In this document: in pieces, positions 25,948 to 37,300 of the stretch | Position numbering within the stretch: position 1 is the first letter of the stretch | Layout of the letters: the number at the start of each line of letters is the position of its first letter | Source of the DNA: a virus | Taxonomy: Duplodnaviria; Caudoviricetes | IMG/VR virus record: IMGVR_UViG_3300025015_000047 | Location: 1 to 48,636 of that record | Reading direction: 5' to 3' (one strand) | DNA length: 48,636 bases | Position numbers and translations under genes: made by a program | Notes under the pieces: generated by a model | Databases searched by the model: none | What the model saw: the letters and a program-made list of their open reading frames with translations, nothing else | Told to the model about the DNA's origin: nothing

Positions 25948-26742
25948 TCACCTCGCGTTATCCACCGCCAAAATCTGTGATTGATACTGGCGGTCCCTAC
26001 CCGTCCCAAGCCGGACGGAAATCCTATCCTGTTCAGCCTCTAAGTCCCGCGATCTCATCCCCGAAGTCAGGGCGGCCTCTCGGGCGGCCTCGTCATCCAT
26101 TGCCGTCTTCACATGTCGATAGCGGTCCGCAAAGACTGAAGGCACCCCAAGGTTGTGGCCGGGCTTCAGGTCGTAATACTGATGCATAATCCGTACCCGG
26201 ATCGGCAGGAGCCTAGGCGTCGGAGTACCATTGACCATAATCGTCTCCACCACCCCTGGGCACTGCACGTCTTCTTTTGGCCCATTGGCGATCATCCAGT
26301 CCAGTTGCAGCTTCTTAGATTCCCTGGTAGCAACAGACTTGGTCCTAGCGTCCTGATACATCTTGGACGCCCGAGCTTCCATTTGGGCCTTCTTATCGCC
26401 CGTAGCAATCCGCTTCTCGGCGTCCGACCAAACCTCGTCATAGAACTTCACCGGATCCTCAGACCACCGACGCTCGGCGTCTTCAATCTCAGAGGCCCGT
26501 GCCCGCATCTTGTTGATGTGATCGGCATACTTCGGGTTCTCTAGGACTGACTGATCCCCCATCAGGTACCGATCCAGAGCTAAGGCAAGCTCCATCGCCT
26601 CTGCCTGCTTGGCCGTCGGCATCTTGGTCAGGAATGCCCTGACCGCCGGGTCTTCCCCAATCCCATCCAGACGGACCTTGGAACGAAGAATCTCCTCAGC
26701 CCGCTGCTGGGCTGCCGCTCGGCGCTTGCGTCGGCTGCTCAT
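25948..26742 (-). CDS. Hypothetical helical protein
   Basis: ATG 26742 after GGAGG; charged helical composition. Confidence 0.55.
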   Translation of the reverse strand: MSSRRKRRAAAQQRAEEILRSKVRLDGIGEDPAVRAFLTKMPTAKQAEAMELALALDRYLMGDQSVLENPKYADHINKMRARASEIEDAERRWSEDPVKFYDEVWSDAEKRIATGDKKAQMEARASKMYQDARTKSVATRESKKLQLDWMIANGPKEDVQCPGVVETIMVNGTPTPRLLPIRVRIMHQYYDLKPGHNLGVPSVFADRYRHVKTAMDDEAAREAALTSGMRSRDLEAEQDRISVRLGTGRDRQYQSQILAVDNAR

Positions 26743-27853
26743 CTGGGACCTCCTCCCCGTCGTAGTAATCAATGTACTCCTCAATCAGCTTGAGGTTCTT
26801 TTCTTTCTCTTCCTTCTTAGGGTCCTCAATCTTGTGTCCGTTCGGGTCGTAGAGGACCGGGCCTTCTTGTTCCGATAGACGAACATCGGCCCCAAAGGTT
26901 GGGGCAATCTGCCTATCTATACGGTTCAGCAACCCATTGATATACTGACGAGCACCCGTTACGGCATTCAGCCTTCCGAACGATTGCTCAATTTGCTTCA
27001 TGGCGTTCTCAAGTTCTGTCTCCCAGCGGGCCTTCTCATCCGGCGTCTTTGCCGCCTGGATTTGTCCTGCAAAGTAGTTCCTGACCCCCTGAACGGAATT
27101 GAGCTTTGCCATCGCCTGGCCCTCTTCATTCTTCATCCGGACCAGATCAAACTCAATGGCCTGCCGCCCGACGTTTGGGAGCCAGTCGAACCCATACCGC
27201 TGCCCCCGTAGCAGGTTGGCTTCCTTGGGCAGATGTATCTTGACTCCCCGCCCCATCATGAAGCCAATCCAGAACTCCCCATTCGGTCGCTGATACTTGT
27301 ACTCGGTGTCACTGGCCATCTCGACACCATACATCCCGACTTCCTTGTAGCCCATCCAGGCCGCAAGTCCCAGCATATAGGATATGGAACTACAGTAGTA
27401 GTTGATCCCCAGGTCCCTCTCGATCTCATCTAAGGGGAACTTGATGGATGCGGGAACGTCGGCAAACTGATCCTGCATGTAGATCGGGAATGCCTTGGGC
27501 TCCCCGAGAGGTTTCTGTGCTCTCAACCACTCCGGGTGCTTAGGGTCGTTTGGATTGCCTTGGCGCATGAAATCGAGGTAGGGGTGTATCTGGAACCATC
27601 GGTCCCAGCGCCTCATCCACTGGAAGCGGTACTCCTCATTGAGACCCCAGATTTCCCATGTAGGGTCGTCAAATGGAGCAAAGTGGCGGGTCGTCTTAGA
27701 GAACGCAACGATCGCCACCTTATCGGTCACGCGTTTCCAAGGATCGGTGACCCTACCAGTCGGACCTGGCCTCTTCTCCCGTGCGGGGACCTCCCGACGC
27801 TCAACAGGGATATCCTCCACGGGCATCGTGAAGATCTTATCGTCCATGTTCAT
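26696..27853 (-). CDS. Putative glycosyltransferase-like (Maf/DUF115/sialyltransferase-like Rossmann) protein with C-terminal coiled coil
   Basis: KVAIVAFS, WEIWGLNE, SSISYMLGLA..MGYKEVGMYGVEM pattern recalls this fold; the assignment is tentative. Confidence 0.45.
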   Translation of the reverse strand: MNMDDKIFTMPVEDIPVERREVPAREKRPGPTGRVTDPWKRVTDKVAIVAFSKTTRHFAPFDDPTWEIWGLNEEYRFQWMRRWDRWFQIHPYLDFMRQGNPNDPKHPEWLRAQKPLGEPKAFPIYMQDQFADVPASIKFPLDEIERDLGINYYCSSISYMLGLAAWMGYKEVGMYGVEMASDTEYKYQRPNGEFWIGFMMGRGVKIHLPKEANLLRGQRYGFDWLPNVGRQAIEFDLVRMKNEEGQAMAKLNSVQGVRNYFAGQIQAAKTPDEKARWETELENAMKQIEQSFGRLNAVTGARQYINGLLNRIDRQIAPTFGADVRLSEQEGPVLYDPNGHKIEDPKKEEKEKNLKLIEEYIDYYDGEEVPDEQPTQAPSGSPAAG

Positions 27854-27855
27854 AG

Positions 27856-27938
27856 GACAACCTCCTGGTTGTTGTCGGGGAGAGGACACGGAACTCCAGG
27901 ATAGCTCCGCCTCGGGATCTGGCCCTAGTCCCCTCCCC
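27856..27938 (-). other. Structured RNA leader (three-way junction plus RBS-occluding hairpin)
   Basis: Minus-strand RNA: GGGGAGGGGAC/GUCCUCUCCCC closing GGG/CCC and CGGAGCU/AGUUCCG stems, then GACAAC/GUUGUC hairpin containing GGAGG. Confidence 0.5.
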
Positions 27939-27954
27939 TAACTATGGTAGATTG

Positions 27955-28395
27955 TTACCGGAAAGCACCCGTTACCCAAGACTGCTTTCCGCTATTCAGA
28001 CGGTAAAGCAACACGGGGGTAACAACACCAGCACTCGCACCAGAACCCCACACGAAACTCAGGGTCGCTCCATCGGGATAGTCCGTATCCGTGTACTTCT
28101 CGAACCTCCAATAGAACGGCCTGGAATCTGTGTCTGCTAGGGTTCCTTGACCAAGATTGATCAGATGGTTTCCATCTGAGTCGTCAACGGTTGCCGTGAT
28201 GTAGTCGGCCCATGCTGTGCTAACACGAAACCCGATACCCACGACCTCGCAGTTACCAGGAAGCGTGAACATTGCGGCCGGGGACGTATCCGAGTAGGTG
28301 ATAGCATCACCATAGGCTTCCCAGAGCATCGCCTCAGCCAGTTCTTGGGCAGGCCAACCGAGTTTTGGTGCAGGCTTGATAAGCACTACTGACAT
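27955..28395 (-). CDS. Putative capsid decoration protein (distant paralog of the pair upstream)
   Basis: FTLP, TAW, ITATVDD, Y.D..T pattern resembles the 28408/28907 proteins. Confidence 0.5.
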   Translation of the reverse strand: MSVVLIKPAPKLGWPAQELAEAMLWEAYGDAITYSDTSPAAMFTLPGNCEVVGIGFRVSTAWADYITATVDDSDGNHLINLGQGTLADTDSRPFYWRFEKYTDTDYPDGATLSFVWGSGASAGVVTPVLLYRLNSGKQSWVTGAFR

Positions 28396-28407
28396 GGTTG
28401 GTCTCCT

Positions 28408-28896
28408 TTACCTGGCCATCGAGTAGATGAGGATGAACTTCGTCAGTCCAGCATCACAGGCAGTCGTGCTGAGGGGGAACGTAGCCGCGATGGTCGCTCC
28501 CGTGTCGTAGAACTTGCCTAGTGCGTTGCTAGCTTGCCGACCGATCCCCGTAGGCCCGTTGGCCGAGTCGTTCGGGGCGAGTTGAGTGTCAGTGAACCAG
28601 GTATCTACGCTGGACGTATCTCCAACGGTGATGTTTCCATCATCACTGGTTCCCCAAGAGTCCGGGGTGATGCCATAGATGCCGTGAACAAAGACCCCCG
28701 CAGGTAGTGTCCAGAGGCTCACGGTTTGTGCGGCCGAAGAGCCGGTCACGGCGATGTCGTCACTATCGACATCCGTACCCCACGTCACAGCCGATGTGTT
28801 CCGACCCGTCAGGTACATGATGACTTCGTCGGCTCTCTCCGCCCAGGGGTTGTCCCCTAGGTAGATGTCACCGTAGGGAGGAATAGTTTTAGCCAT
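28408..28896 (-). CDS. Putative capsid decoration/cement protein, copy B
   Basis: Highly similar to 28907-29398; adjacent to the major capsid gene. Confidence 0.65.
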   Translation of the reverse strand: MAKTIPPYGDIYLGDNPWAERADEVIMYLTGRNTSAVTWGTDVDSDDIAVTGSSAAQTVSLWTLPAGVFVHGIYGITPDSWGTSDDGNITVGDTSSVDTWFTDTQLAPNDSANGPTGIGRQASNALGKFYDTGATIAATFPLSTTACDAGLTKFILIYSMAR

Positions 28897-28906
28897 TATT
28901 CCTCCC

Positions 28907-29398
28907 TTATCGAGCCATAGACCAAACGAGTACGAACTTGGTCAGTCCAGTCACAACGGCCGAGTGGGCAAGCGGGAAGGTGGCGGAGATGGTTGCACCC
29001 GTGTCATAGAACTTTCCGGCCGGAGGCGTCAAGGCGTTGGTCTTGAAGACGCCAGCGGCATCGGTCGCGCAGGGGGCGAGCAGCGTGTCCGTAAAGTACG
29101 TATCCACTGCGCCTGTGTCCCCAACCGTGATGTTGCCATCGTCGCTGTTGGTTCCCCAAGAGTCGGCCGTGTTGGCATAGATCGCTTTCACGAACGCTCC
29201 CGCAGGTAGAACCCACAGGCCCACCGTCTGGGCCGCCGAAGACGCCGTTACAGCGATATCGTCGCTGTCCACGTCCGTCCCGTAGGTCACAGCCGATGTG
29301 TTCTGGCCTGTCAGGTACATGATAACCTCGTCCACTCGCACGGCCCAGGGGTTATCGCCTAGGTACTGATCTCCATACGGAGGAAGGGTTTTAGCCAT
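28907..29398 (-). CDS. Putative capsid decoration/cement protein, copy A
   Basis: MAKT.PPYGD.YLGDNPWA.R.DEVIMYLTG.NTSAVT.GTDVDSDDIAVT shared with copy B; immediately downstream of the MCP. Confidence 0.65.
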   Translation of the reverse strand: MAKTLPPYGDQYLGDNPWAVRVDEVIMYLTGQNTSAVTYGTDVDSDDIAVTASSAAQTVGLWVLPAGAFVKAIYANTADSWGTNSDDGNITVGDTGAVDTYFTDTLLAPCATDAAGVFKTNALTPPAGKFYDTGATISATFPLAHSAVVTGLTKFVLVWSMAR

Positions 29399-29422
29399 TG
29401 CAAAATCTCCTTACTTACCGGA

Positions 29423-30412
29423 TTACGAGCTAACTGCGTGCTCTAGTGCGCGGACCCAAACGGCATTCAGAACCGCGGACTTGTGGACCATCTTCCAGCC
29501 GATCGTCCCACGCTGCTTCAACGGGTCGAACCCAGTCCCACCAAGGTCATTGATGATGAGTTCAACCGGCTTTTGCTGCGGGCGTCCGGTCTGGACAGCC
29601 AGTTCCCCACCGCCTGCATCCAAACTCACGTTCGGGGTCAGTGCCGCGATCCCTGCCGCTCCGATGGCCTCGTTACCCATGAAGAGGGTCGTATACACAT
29701 CGATCGAACTGGTGCCCGCGGCCGAGTTCACATAGGCATTACTGGTCACATAGATCTTGCAACGCAGAAGGCTACCCATCTCGCCACGTCGGTACGCCTC
29801 TCCGCCCTCACGAGTGATAAGCGTAGCGAACATCGAGTCCTGCATCAGGGTGAGCCAGGTGAAGGGGTGAGCCACAACCCAGTAGCTATTACCCTCGATG
29901 GGCATGGCATTCGCACTGTCGAGGTTCGCCACCTGGGATAGGAAGTCGGAGAACGCGATCTTGTCATTCGTGGAGTCAACCGTAGCGGTCGTGGTGGCCC
30001 CACCTGCGTAGTCCGCCGTCGCCCCAGCCTCAAGAACGTCGCGGATCAGGGTGTCCACAGACAGCCCTGCCTGTTCGCCCAGGATGCTGGAGAACTCAGA
30101 GAGCAAAGGATCGTAGGCCGTCATGATGATCTTGTCCGTGAAGCCAAGCCAAGCACCATACCACAGGGGCGTGATGGTGGTCGTGGCCACGGTCGGGCTA
30201 GCCAGCTCGTTGGGGGTGTTCCCCTCCGTCAACTCGGATGTAACGGCTGAAAGCCCGGCGTACTTGCGAAGTTCGTAAGCACCAAACTGATTGAGTCGTG
30301 CAGAGGTGACGTGCTTGCCGTGAACAAGGCGCGGGAGAGCACGGCTGAGTAGCCGCTTCTCGTAAAGCGTCTTGACGGCATCACTCAAAGCAGCAACATT
30401 GGCGTGAGCCAT
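29423..30412 (-). CDS. Major capsid protein (N4-gp56-like, HK97 fold)
   Basis: LTEGNTP, YGAW..FTD, LGEQAGLSVDTLIRDVL, HP, GEMG, DPLKQRGTIGWK; follows the scaffold. Confidence 0.88.
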   Translation of the reverse strand: MAHANVAALSDAVKTLYEKRLLSRALPRLVHGKHVTSARLNQFGAYELRKYAGLSAVTSELTEGNTPNELASPTVATTTITPLWYGAWLGFTDKIIMTAYDPLLSEFSSILGEQAGLSVDTLIRDVLEAGATADYAGGATTTATVDSTNDKIAFSDFLSQVANLDSANAMPIEGNSYWVVAHPFTWLTLMQDSMFATLITREGGEAYRRGEMGSLLRCKIYVTSNAYVNSAAGTSSIDVYTTLFMGNEAIGAAGIAALTPNVSLDAGGGELAVQTGRPQQKPVELIINDLGGTGFDPLKQRGTIGWKMVHKSAVLNAVWVRALEHAVSS

Positions 30413-30449
30413 CGTAAGTCTCCTAGTTTATCCCCCTTGTCAGAACGCC

Positions 30450-31271
30450 TTACGGCGTAGACAAGCCGGGGATTTGTTTGTTCAGGTCTTGTTGTCCCGT
30501 CTCGAAGATCCGCCAGATTTCCTCTTCGGAGAGTGGTCTGCCGACCTTCTCGGAGTACAACTTCTGCAACTGCGCAAATGCCTCATTCGGGGTCATCTGT
30601 GCAGGCGGCGTACCTGTTCCCGTCACGACCTGAGGTGGCGTTGGGCGTCCAGGTACGGGGGCCGCAGGTTGGACCGGAGCAACGGCCGCAGGTGCCGCTT
30701 CCGCTTTGGCGCGCAGGTCTCGGATATACTCCTCGAACCGGCTGTCCGCCTCACGGAAGAATACATCAGGGTCGGAGAACTCTAGGTCTGCCAAGTTGAC
30801 ACCCAACCTGGTCAGACGTTGAGCATAGTTGATCATGGAGATGGCTGCTTGGCGAGCACCCTTCTCCTGCTCCAACTCTTCCTGCAATCTTCGCTCTTTG
30901 TCCGTTCGAGACTCGGCTTCGTAGGCTGAACGCTCTTCCGGCGTCATTCTTGCCAGAAGATCCGATTCCAACCTAGAGGTCAAATCACGAATCTCGCGGT
31001 CCCGCTCTGCCAATTGACGGGAATACTGGGAATCGAGTTTGGACTGGAGACCAGCCATATCTCTCTTCCACTTGGCCTCAATGGCATCCCGCTCCTTGGC
31101 CATGCGGGTGTTCCACTCAGCCTCGGCATCGACAGGCTGTGCAGGGGCATCCACTACACCAACTGCGCCTGGTTGTACAGGGGCAGGTGCAGGAACTCCC
31201 GTGGCGGGCACCGTGGGCTTATCACCCTCAGAACCGCCAGTAGCGCCTTCAACTCTTGGCATCGGAAACAT
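30450..31271 (-). CDS. Capsid scaffolding protein
   Basis: Pro/Ala-rich ends around a charged coiled coil; directly upstream of the MCP. Confidence 0.7.
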   Translation of the reverse strand: MFPMPRVEGATGGSEGDKPTVPATGVPAPAPVQPGAVGVVDAPAQPVDAEAEWNTRMAKERDAIEAKWKRDMAGLQSKLDSQYSRQLAERDREIRDLTSRLESDLLARMTPEERSAYEAESRTDKERRLQEELEQEKGARQAAISMINYAQRLTRLGVNLADLEFSDPDVFFREADSRFEEYIRDLRAKAEAAPAAVAPVQPAAPVPGRPTPPQVVTGTGTPPAQMTPNEAFAQLQKLYSEKVGRPLSEEEIWRIFETGQQDLNKQIPGLSTP

Positions 31272-31352
31272 CGTCTTTCTCCTTTATTGTAAGGTTCACC
31301 ACTTAGACTACCACACCAGATGGGCCTAGCGCAAGTGTTATTGTCAAGACGG

Positions 31353-34300
31353 TTACTTACGAACCTTAGCCTTTTCTTGACCTTCTGCCATCTTGGCCAG
31401 AAGTTCCTCTTCCTCTGGTGATAAGCCCCCAGTTGTTCCTCCACCCCCGCCCGATCGGGTCAAGCTGGCCCCTCCCAATGGGGGCAAGTTGCCCCCGGCC
31501 CCACCAGAGCCCAACCTCCTCCCGGCCTGGAGCAGTTCTCGCCCCTCGGCAGCACCACGATAGCCCAGAGGGATGTAGGACAAACGCCGGGTAGGCGTCC
31601 GGGTTCCACCACCCCCTCCACGCCTGCCTCCCCCTCCACCGCCACCTCCGCCCCCTCTAGTTGTGGTAACTTCACCAAGGTAATACTGTGCCCAGACAGG
31701 ATGGGACATGCCCCACATATCCTTCATGGCATAGTATTGATCGATCAGGCCAGATAAGGTTGGATCCTGCTCCCTGGCAGCGGCCCGCTCCGATTGGCTG
31801 AGGGACATGTACCAACTGAAGGTTGTCCAGAAGTCCTCCCCAAGCCGCCCCGTCACAAGTCCCCGAAATTGGTCCTGCTCCTCTCGGGCCTGTGAGCGGC
31901 TCGCAAGCTCCTCATCACCCACCGGCTGGTTGTATCCAAGCTCCCTCAAGGTCCGTTCTAGGATGGCCTCAAACTGCTGGGCGTCTTCGGGATTCCGCCA
32001 ATCGGCCGTGGAGGTTGTCCGTCGGAACGCCTCCATCCACCCGTCATCGCCCTCATTCCGACGGAATGTATCCATAAAGTCGTCGTAGGCGGCCCCAGGT
32101 GGGACACGATTGAGAAGGTTCCAGATGCGCTCATCCCGTCCCGCAGCGGCCTCTCCAACCCGCAACTCTGCATTCTGAGCCTGACGATCTTCCATGGATA
32201 GGATGGCCCGCCCATAAAGGCCCTGCCGAATGTCTTGAACCGTGAAACGATCCCCGTACCGGGCCTGCATCCACTCGATGATGTCTTCCTCAGTCGGACG
32301 ACCATCCGGCCCAAACTGACGTAGGAAGTTCCTCTCAAGAAGTTCCCGCCCCTCGGGGGTTGTTGCCTTCCCAACCTCTTCGTAGTACCGCTCTTGGAAG
32401 TTGTGAACCCAGACGTAGTTGATTGCCGAGTGAATATCGTCGGTTTCGATCCGCCACTGCTCCAACCCAGCCGCATTGGTCTCCGCAACCAGCATGAGAC
32501 CTAGGTCCTCCGGCCGGTTGAGCGCGGCGTTCATGAAGTTGGCCTCAGCAAAACGGGTCTGCATCTCCCTCATCATGGGGGCCGCAATGGCAGGTAGGCG
32601 GTCCAGCCACGTCTGGTAGTCCCGCTGGTAGTCAGCGTAGACCTCATACCGATCAGGATCCCACGACGGAGCCCCATCCAGTAGGGTGTGCCACCACAGG
32701 TTACGGAAGTCCTCGTAGACCAACTGTTCGGGCTTGTAGCCGATAACCCAATCACGGGGCGCTAAGGGGTACCGCAGTTCCAGGTCTGCTACCTCGGCCG
32801 CATATCGCCGCTGGATTTCAATTTCGACCGCGGGGTTGTTACCGGCCGGCAGGGCATGTAGAGCTTGGTCTCTCACCTGTCGAATACGCTCCCACTCAGC
32901 CATATACTCATGCCGCTGGCGCTGGGATTCTATGTTGAACGCCACGATGACGTTGTAGCTCATCCCATCCACAGACTCGTAGGATGAGGAAACCCGACTG
33001 ACCCGATCATAATATGCCTGGGGGCTCTCTCGGGTCGGGTCATAGGGCTCTGATCCAGACGGAACCCGAACCCAGGAGAAAGCCGTATAGAGGTTGGCGG
33101 CGTAGTTCGCTGGCACGTCATTGATGCGGCTGGTGATGATGCCCCACATCTGCTCGATATCCTTCGGTAGCTCCAACATGTGCGCCCCAAGAACATCGTT
33201 GGCAGCCCACCGCAGGCGGGCATTCTCGGCCCTGGTGTAGAGTAGGCGGGCATCCGCGTCTGTGTGCATTCTTGGATAGATCCCCGTGAAGTAGCCCAGA
33301 GTCGCAGTCAACCAGTCATCCGTCTGAATATGGCCGTAGGCTTCTTCCCATAGCCTCTGGGCCGCCGGGTCCTCGCCCCGAGCATACATGTCCAAGGCAT
33401 TCTGTGCCGTATCCAGAAGCGCCCACCTTTGAGCGTCCGTCATGCTTGGATCGGCAATTTGCTCCAGGAAGCTGATTAGGATCTGCTGCTCGACTAGGAA
33501 GTCGATGTAGGATGCGTCGGGATCCAAAAGTTCCATCGCCAAACGACCAAATGTCGTCTGCCGGGCCACTCTCTTCAGAAGGGCATTAGCAACCGGTGGG
33601 ATAAGCTGTGCTTGGGGCAGCAAACCCATCGGCTGGTAGATGTCAGCGTCCAACGTCCCCGTAACCCGGAAGAGAAGCGGCACCCAAGGCGATGGGGATG
33701 CCCCAAACATCGACAGGGAACGCAACGCGATGCTGGTTGCGATAGTCCCAAACCCTACATCCTGGTCGGTCATCTCCTGAAGATCGTAGTAATCCAGGTT
33801 TGGGAAGACGTAGCGCATGGATAACGGCCCAGTCGGGTTCCACCACATCCCGTTCCCCAAGGGGATCAGGCCCCGCATGGACGGCAGCGGTTCCCCCCTG
33901 GATGTTGCAAAGCCGTGCTGCCAGGCGACCATGCTGGTGTTGCTCATGTACCGTAGGTACCATCCAACCAACTCTGGATCGTGAACCATGGCCCCCAACC
34001 AGAATGGGATCGATCGGGATGGGAACATCCAGAACGGGACGACATTCTTCATCATCCGGTCGAACTGAGAGAACTGATGGTAGCCGATGAAGATACGGTT
34101 GGTCTCTTCGAGGACGCCCCGATAGTTGCGACCCAAGAACTCGCCCCCACTCATGACGGCCTCTTCACCAAGCGCCATGTTCTCGACGTAGCCACGCCCA
34201 ATGCGTTGGATGAGGGTCTGCTGCTCAGGAGATAGCTGACGGAAGAGGACATCCCCCTCAACCATTCGATTACGAATGTGAGAGCGTATGTCATCCGTCA

Positions 34301-37300
34301 ATTGACGGAACTGATTGACGAAGGCTGTTTGGTCGTCCAGAGCCCGGAAGTAAGCCACCACGTTCGGGTCCATCATCTCCCGGCTAGGATATCGGAACCG
34401 ACGACTACCAAGCCCCATCGGGATGCCCTCGCGCTCGGCCTCTCTCATAATACGGGCTTCCCACGCCGAGATTAGTTCCTCAAGATGCCTCTCGATCTGT
34501 GCTTCCCGACGAAAGTCACCAGCCGCCGCATAGGCGTGCATCCGCATCCGAAGATGTTCAGCCAAGTTATCGAATGAATCAGTCGCCATTCGTCCATCAG
34601 GAAGTCTCTGTCCCCCATACAGATCGTTGACACTCCGACCGCTGTCAAAACTGAAGGGCTCCTGAACATTCGGCCCTATCATCTCTCCCCATACACCCCG
34701 CCTCAGGTTTTCCTGTCGAGCCTGTAGCGATGCTTGTGCCGCCGCTCTAGCCTGGGCTACCTCGGGAGCAGGAGCCTGAACCCCAGGCGGGGACGCATCC
34801 AACGGCAACCACTCTACAGATCCCTCGGGGAACAGGACATAGCGGTAGGGTTGATCCGTTCGGCTTGTGGCCGCGTCAATGGCCTCCTGAAGTCTTCTCT
34901 CATAGTCCGGTCCGGGCGCAACCGTTACATTGTTGACACCCTGACCATGTTCAAACTCATACCGAATAGCCGCCCGCCGACCATCTTGGTATTGTTGCTC
35001 TGTTACATAGGCAACCCGTATTCTCTCTTGGTGATCCGTCCACGTTCCAACCCGTAGTCCGGCATATCCTTCGGCGTCCGTTAGAGTTCCGCCAAATCTA
35101 CCAAATCTTCCCGGCTGGGCACTTGGGTCAGGTTGCCCATGGTAGACAACCCTTAGCCCTTGATGTTCAGCTAGTTCCCGGTTCCTATCTGCAATCTGAC
35201 GTAGGGACGGGGGCGGGGGTGCTTCCGGAACCGTAACCGGCCTGGTTGCCCTGGCGATCCGCTCGGCGGCCTCGGCCTGTTCTCTGGCAATGAGTTCCGC
35301 GGCCCCTAGGAGTTCCCCTTGCTGATTCCGAAGCGTCCGCACCGGTGTATCCAACCAGGTAGCAACTTCGGGGCTGGCAGCGGTTCCATTGAATCCAAGG
35401 CCCCGGAGAAACTCATTAGGTACGGAACCCCAAGTCGATGAGACCGTCGTAAATGCCCCACCCGTATGAGAAAGGACTCTCAACGACCCATCAGGGTTTA
35501 GTTCTATCGTATAGCCCGCCGCCTCCAAGAACGATCGCGGCGTAAACAGTTCGCCGGATTCAACCAGGGCCTGAAAGGCCGCCGGATCTGCCTGCATTAG
35601 ATGCTGGGACTCCTCCAGGGCTCTTGTGAGAATGGTGTCTGCGGCCCGGTACTCCCCTGCGATGATCTCATAGACCTGTCGCCAACGCATGTTCCGCGTA
35701 CGAGGGGAGTAGGGGACATTGAGCGCCCAGGCCAAAACCCAATTTCGGTGGTCTCCAACTCGGGCAAACCGACCAAGAGCTAGATCGAGATCTCCCAGAT
35801 ACAACGACTGCAAGTTCAGTTGAGCAGCCTGCTCTAGGGCCAGTCGAGATGCCGTGACATCGGCTGCCGTCCTTGCCGCCTGCAAAGCCCCCTGGGCTGC
35901 CTCGTTGAGATCGGCCCGCAGGTTCGATAGGGCGGCGGATGTCCGTCCCATCTGCGCCCCTGCCCTCGCTGCGTCCCTTCGGATAGATGGCCCTTCCTCA
36001 CTAAAGAGTTCATTCAACTGCTGAGCCCCCGCCTCGTTACCATCCGCCCGCAGACGACCTATGTCATCTCGCAAGCCAGCATCAGCCTCATCCAAAAGGT
36101 TCCGCCCAGGAGGAATGTCGACAGCCTCCGGGGCCGCTGCCGGAGTTACGGTAACTTCTGGGGCGGCTGTTGGGGCGGCGGGCATAGCATCCAATGCCTC
36201 TCTCAGAAGGCGGGCATCCTCTCTCATGAGGTAGAATTCCTGCATTCCCTCCTCGTATGCTCCCTCGCCCAGGAGGATGTCTTCTAGGCGCTGTAATTCT
36301 GCCTGTGCTTCCCCCCTGGTTCCCTCCCATACGCCAGTGGGTCCCTCAACCCTGATCCTTTCGGGGATGGCCGTGGGCGCGGCCTCAACAGCCGCCCTTG
36401 AAGGCAAGCCTACATTGTCAACAACGACCCTAGCCTCCCCGTCTGCAATGCCTCGCATCTGATCTCGAATATCCCGATATACACGGGTGGCAAGAGCAGA
36501 CGCGTCATCCTCGCTTATACCTAACCGCCCAGCAACACTCGCAATGGCCGCCCGAGCTTCCGAAGCGGGTAGAGGATTCTGCCCCCGCATGGTCCGGGAA
36601 AGTTTGGAGCCGGCATCATAGAGATCCCTTTGAACATCAGAGGCGAAGGTAATCTCGGCTTGTCGATGTCCAGCGCGCCATGAGCGGGTGAGAGTTTCTC
36701 TTGGTGCTGGTCTCACATTCTGCGTCGGCCCAGGATGTGCAGGGGCTTCAGGAGGTGGAGCGTCTGGGGGCACCTCCGGGAGGGTCCCAGCCTCCATCGC
36801 ATCGTCTACAGCATTGGCCGCCCCGTTCATCCTCTCGGGATCGATCGGCACGTCAGCACCTGGCATGTTGCGGAGGTTCTGCAAGTTCTGGGCCGCCTGA
36901 TCCTCCTCGAAGCCGGCCAGGATGTCATCAAACAACTGCCCTATGGAACGATCAATCTCCTCCGGCGTCCCACCCTGCTGAAGGATGTCCCGGACGCCCT
37001 GTTCAATCACGGCATGGGCGGCACGGGCGTTGGGGTCGTTCCCCAACAGGTTCATCATCCGGTTCATCAGGTCTTCGCTCAGGATCAGGGGGACACGGCC
37101 TCGGGTCCTCAACCCGGCAAGGAGATCCAGGACCTCTGTCATCCGGGACGGGTTGGCAATCCCGTACCCCGTCGTACTCCTACTCACCCGATAACGAAGG
37201 CTTCTCAACAGGGCCGATGCCACCGGATCTGCCTGACTCTCAAGAAGAGCGGCGGAAAGCCAATTATCCAGATGGTGTGCCATGATGGAAACATCAGTCT

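Noticed and set aside
31335-31342. GTGTTATT matching the first four concatenated NN of array 3 unit 3 as a self-target
   Set aside because: Only 8 nt and the match does not extend; expected by chance in 48 kb.
31272-31352. Promoter for the scaffold/capsid operon (minus-strand TTGACA; TTGCGC-N18-TAGTCT)
   Set aside because: TTGACA has no properly spaced -10 and the alternative pair is weak; plausible but not supportable.
31600-31660. C-rich low-complexity tract as a regulatory repeat
   Set aside because: It is the poly-Gly coding stretch of the giant protein on the minus strand.
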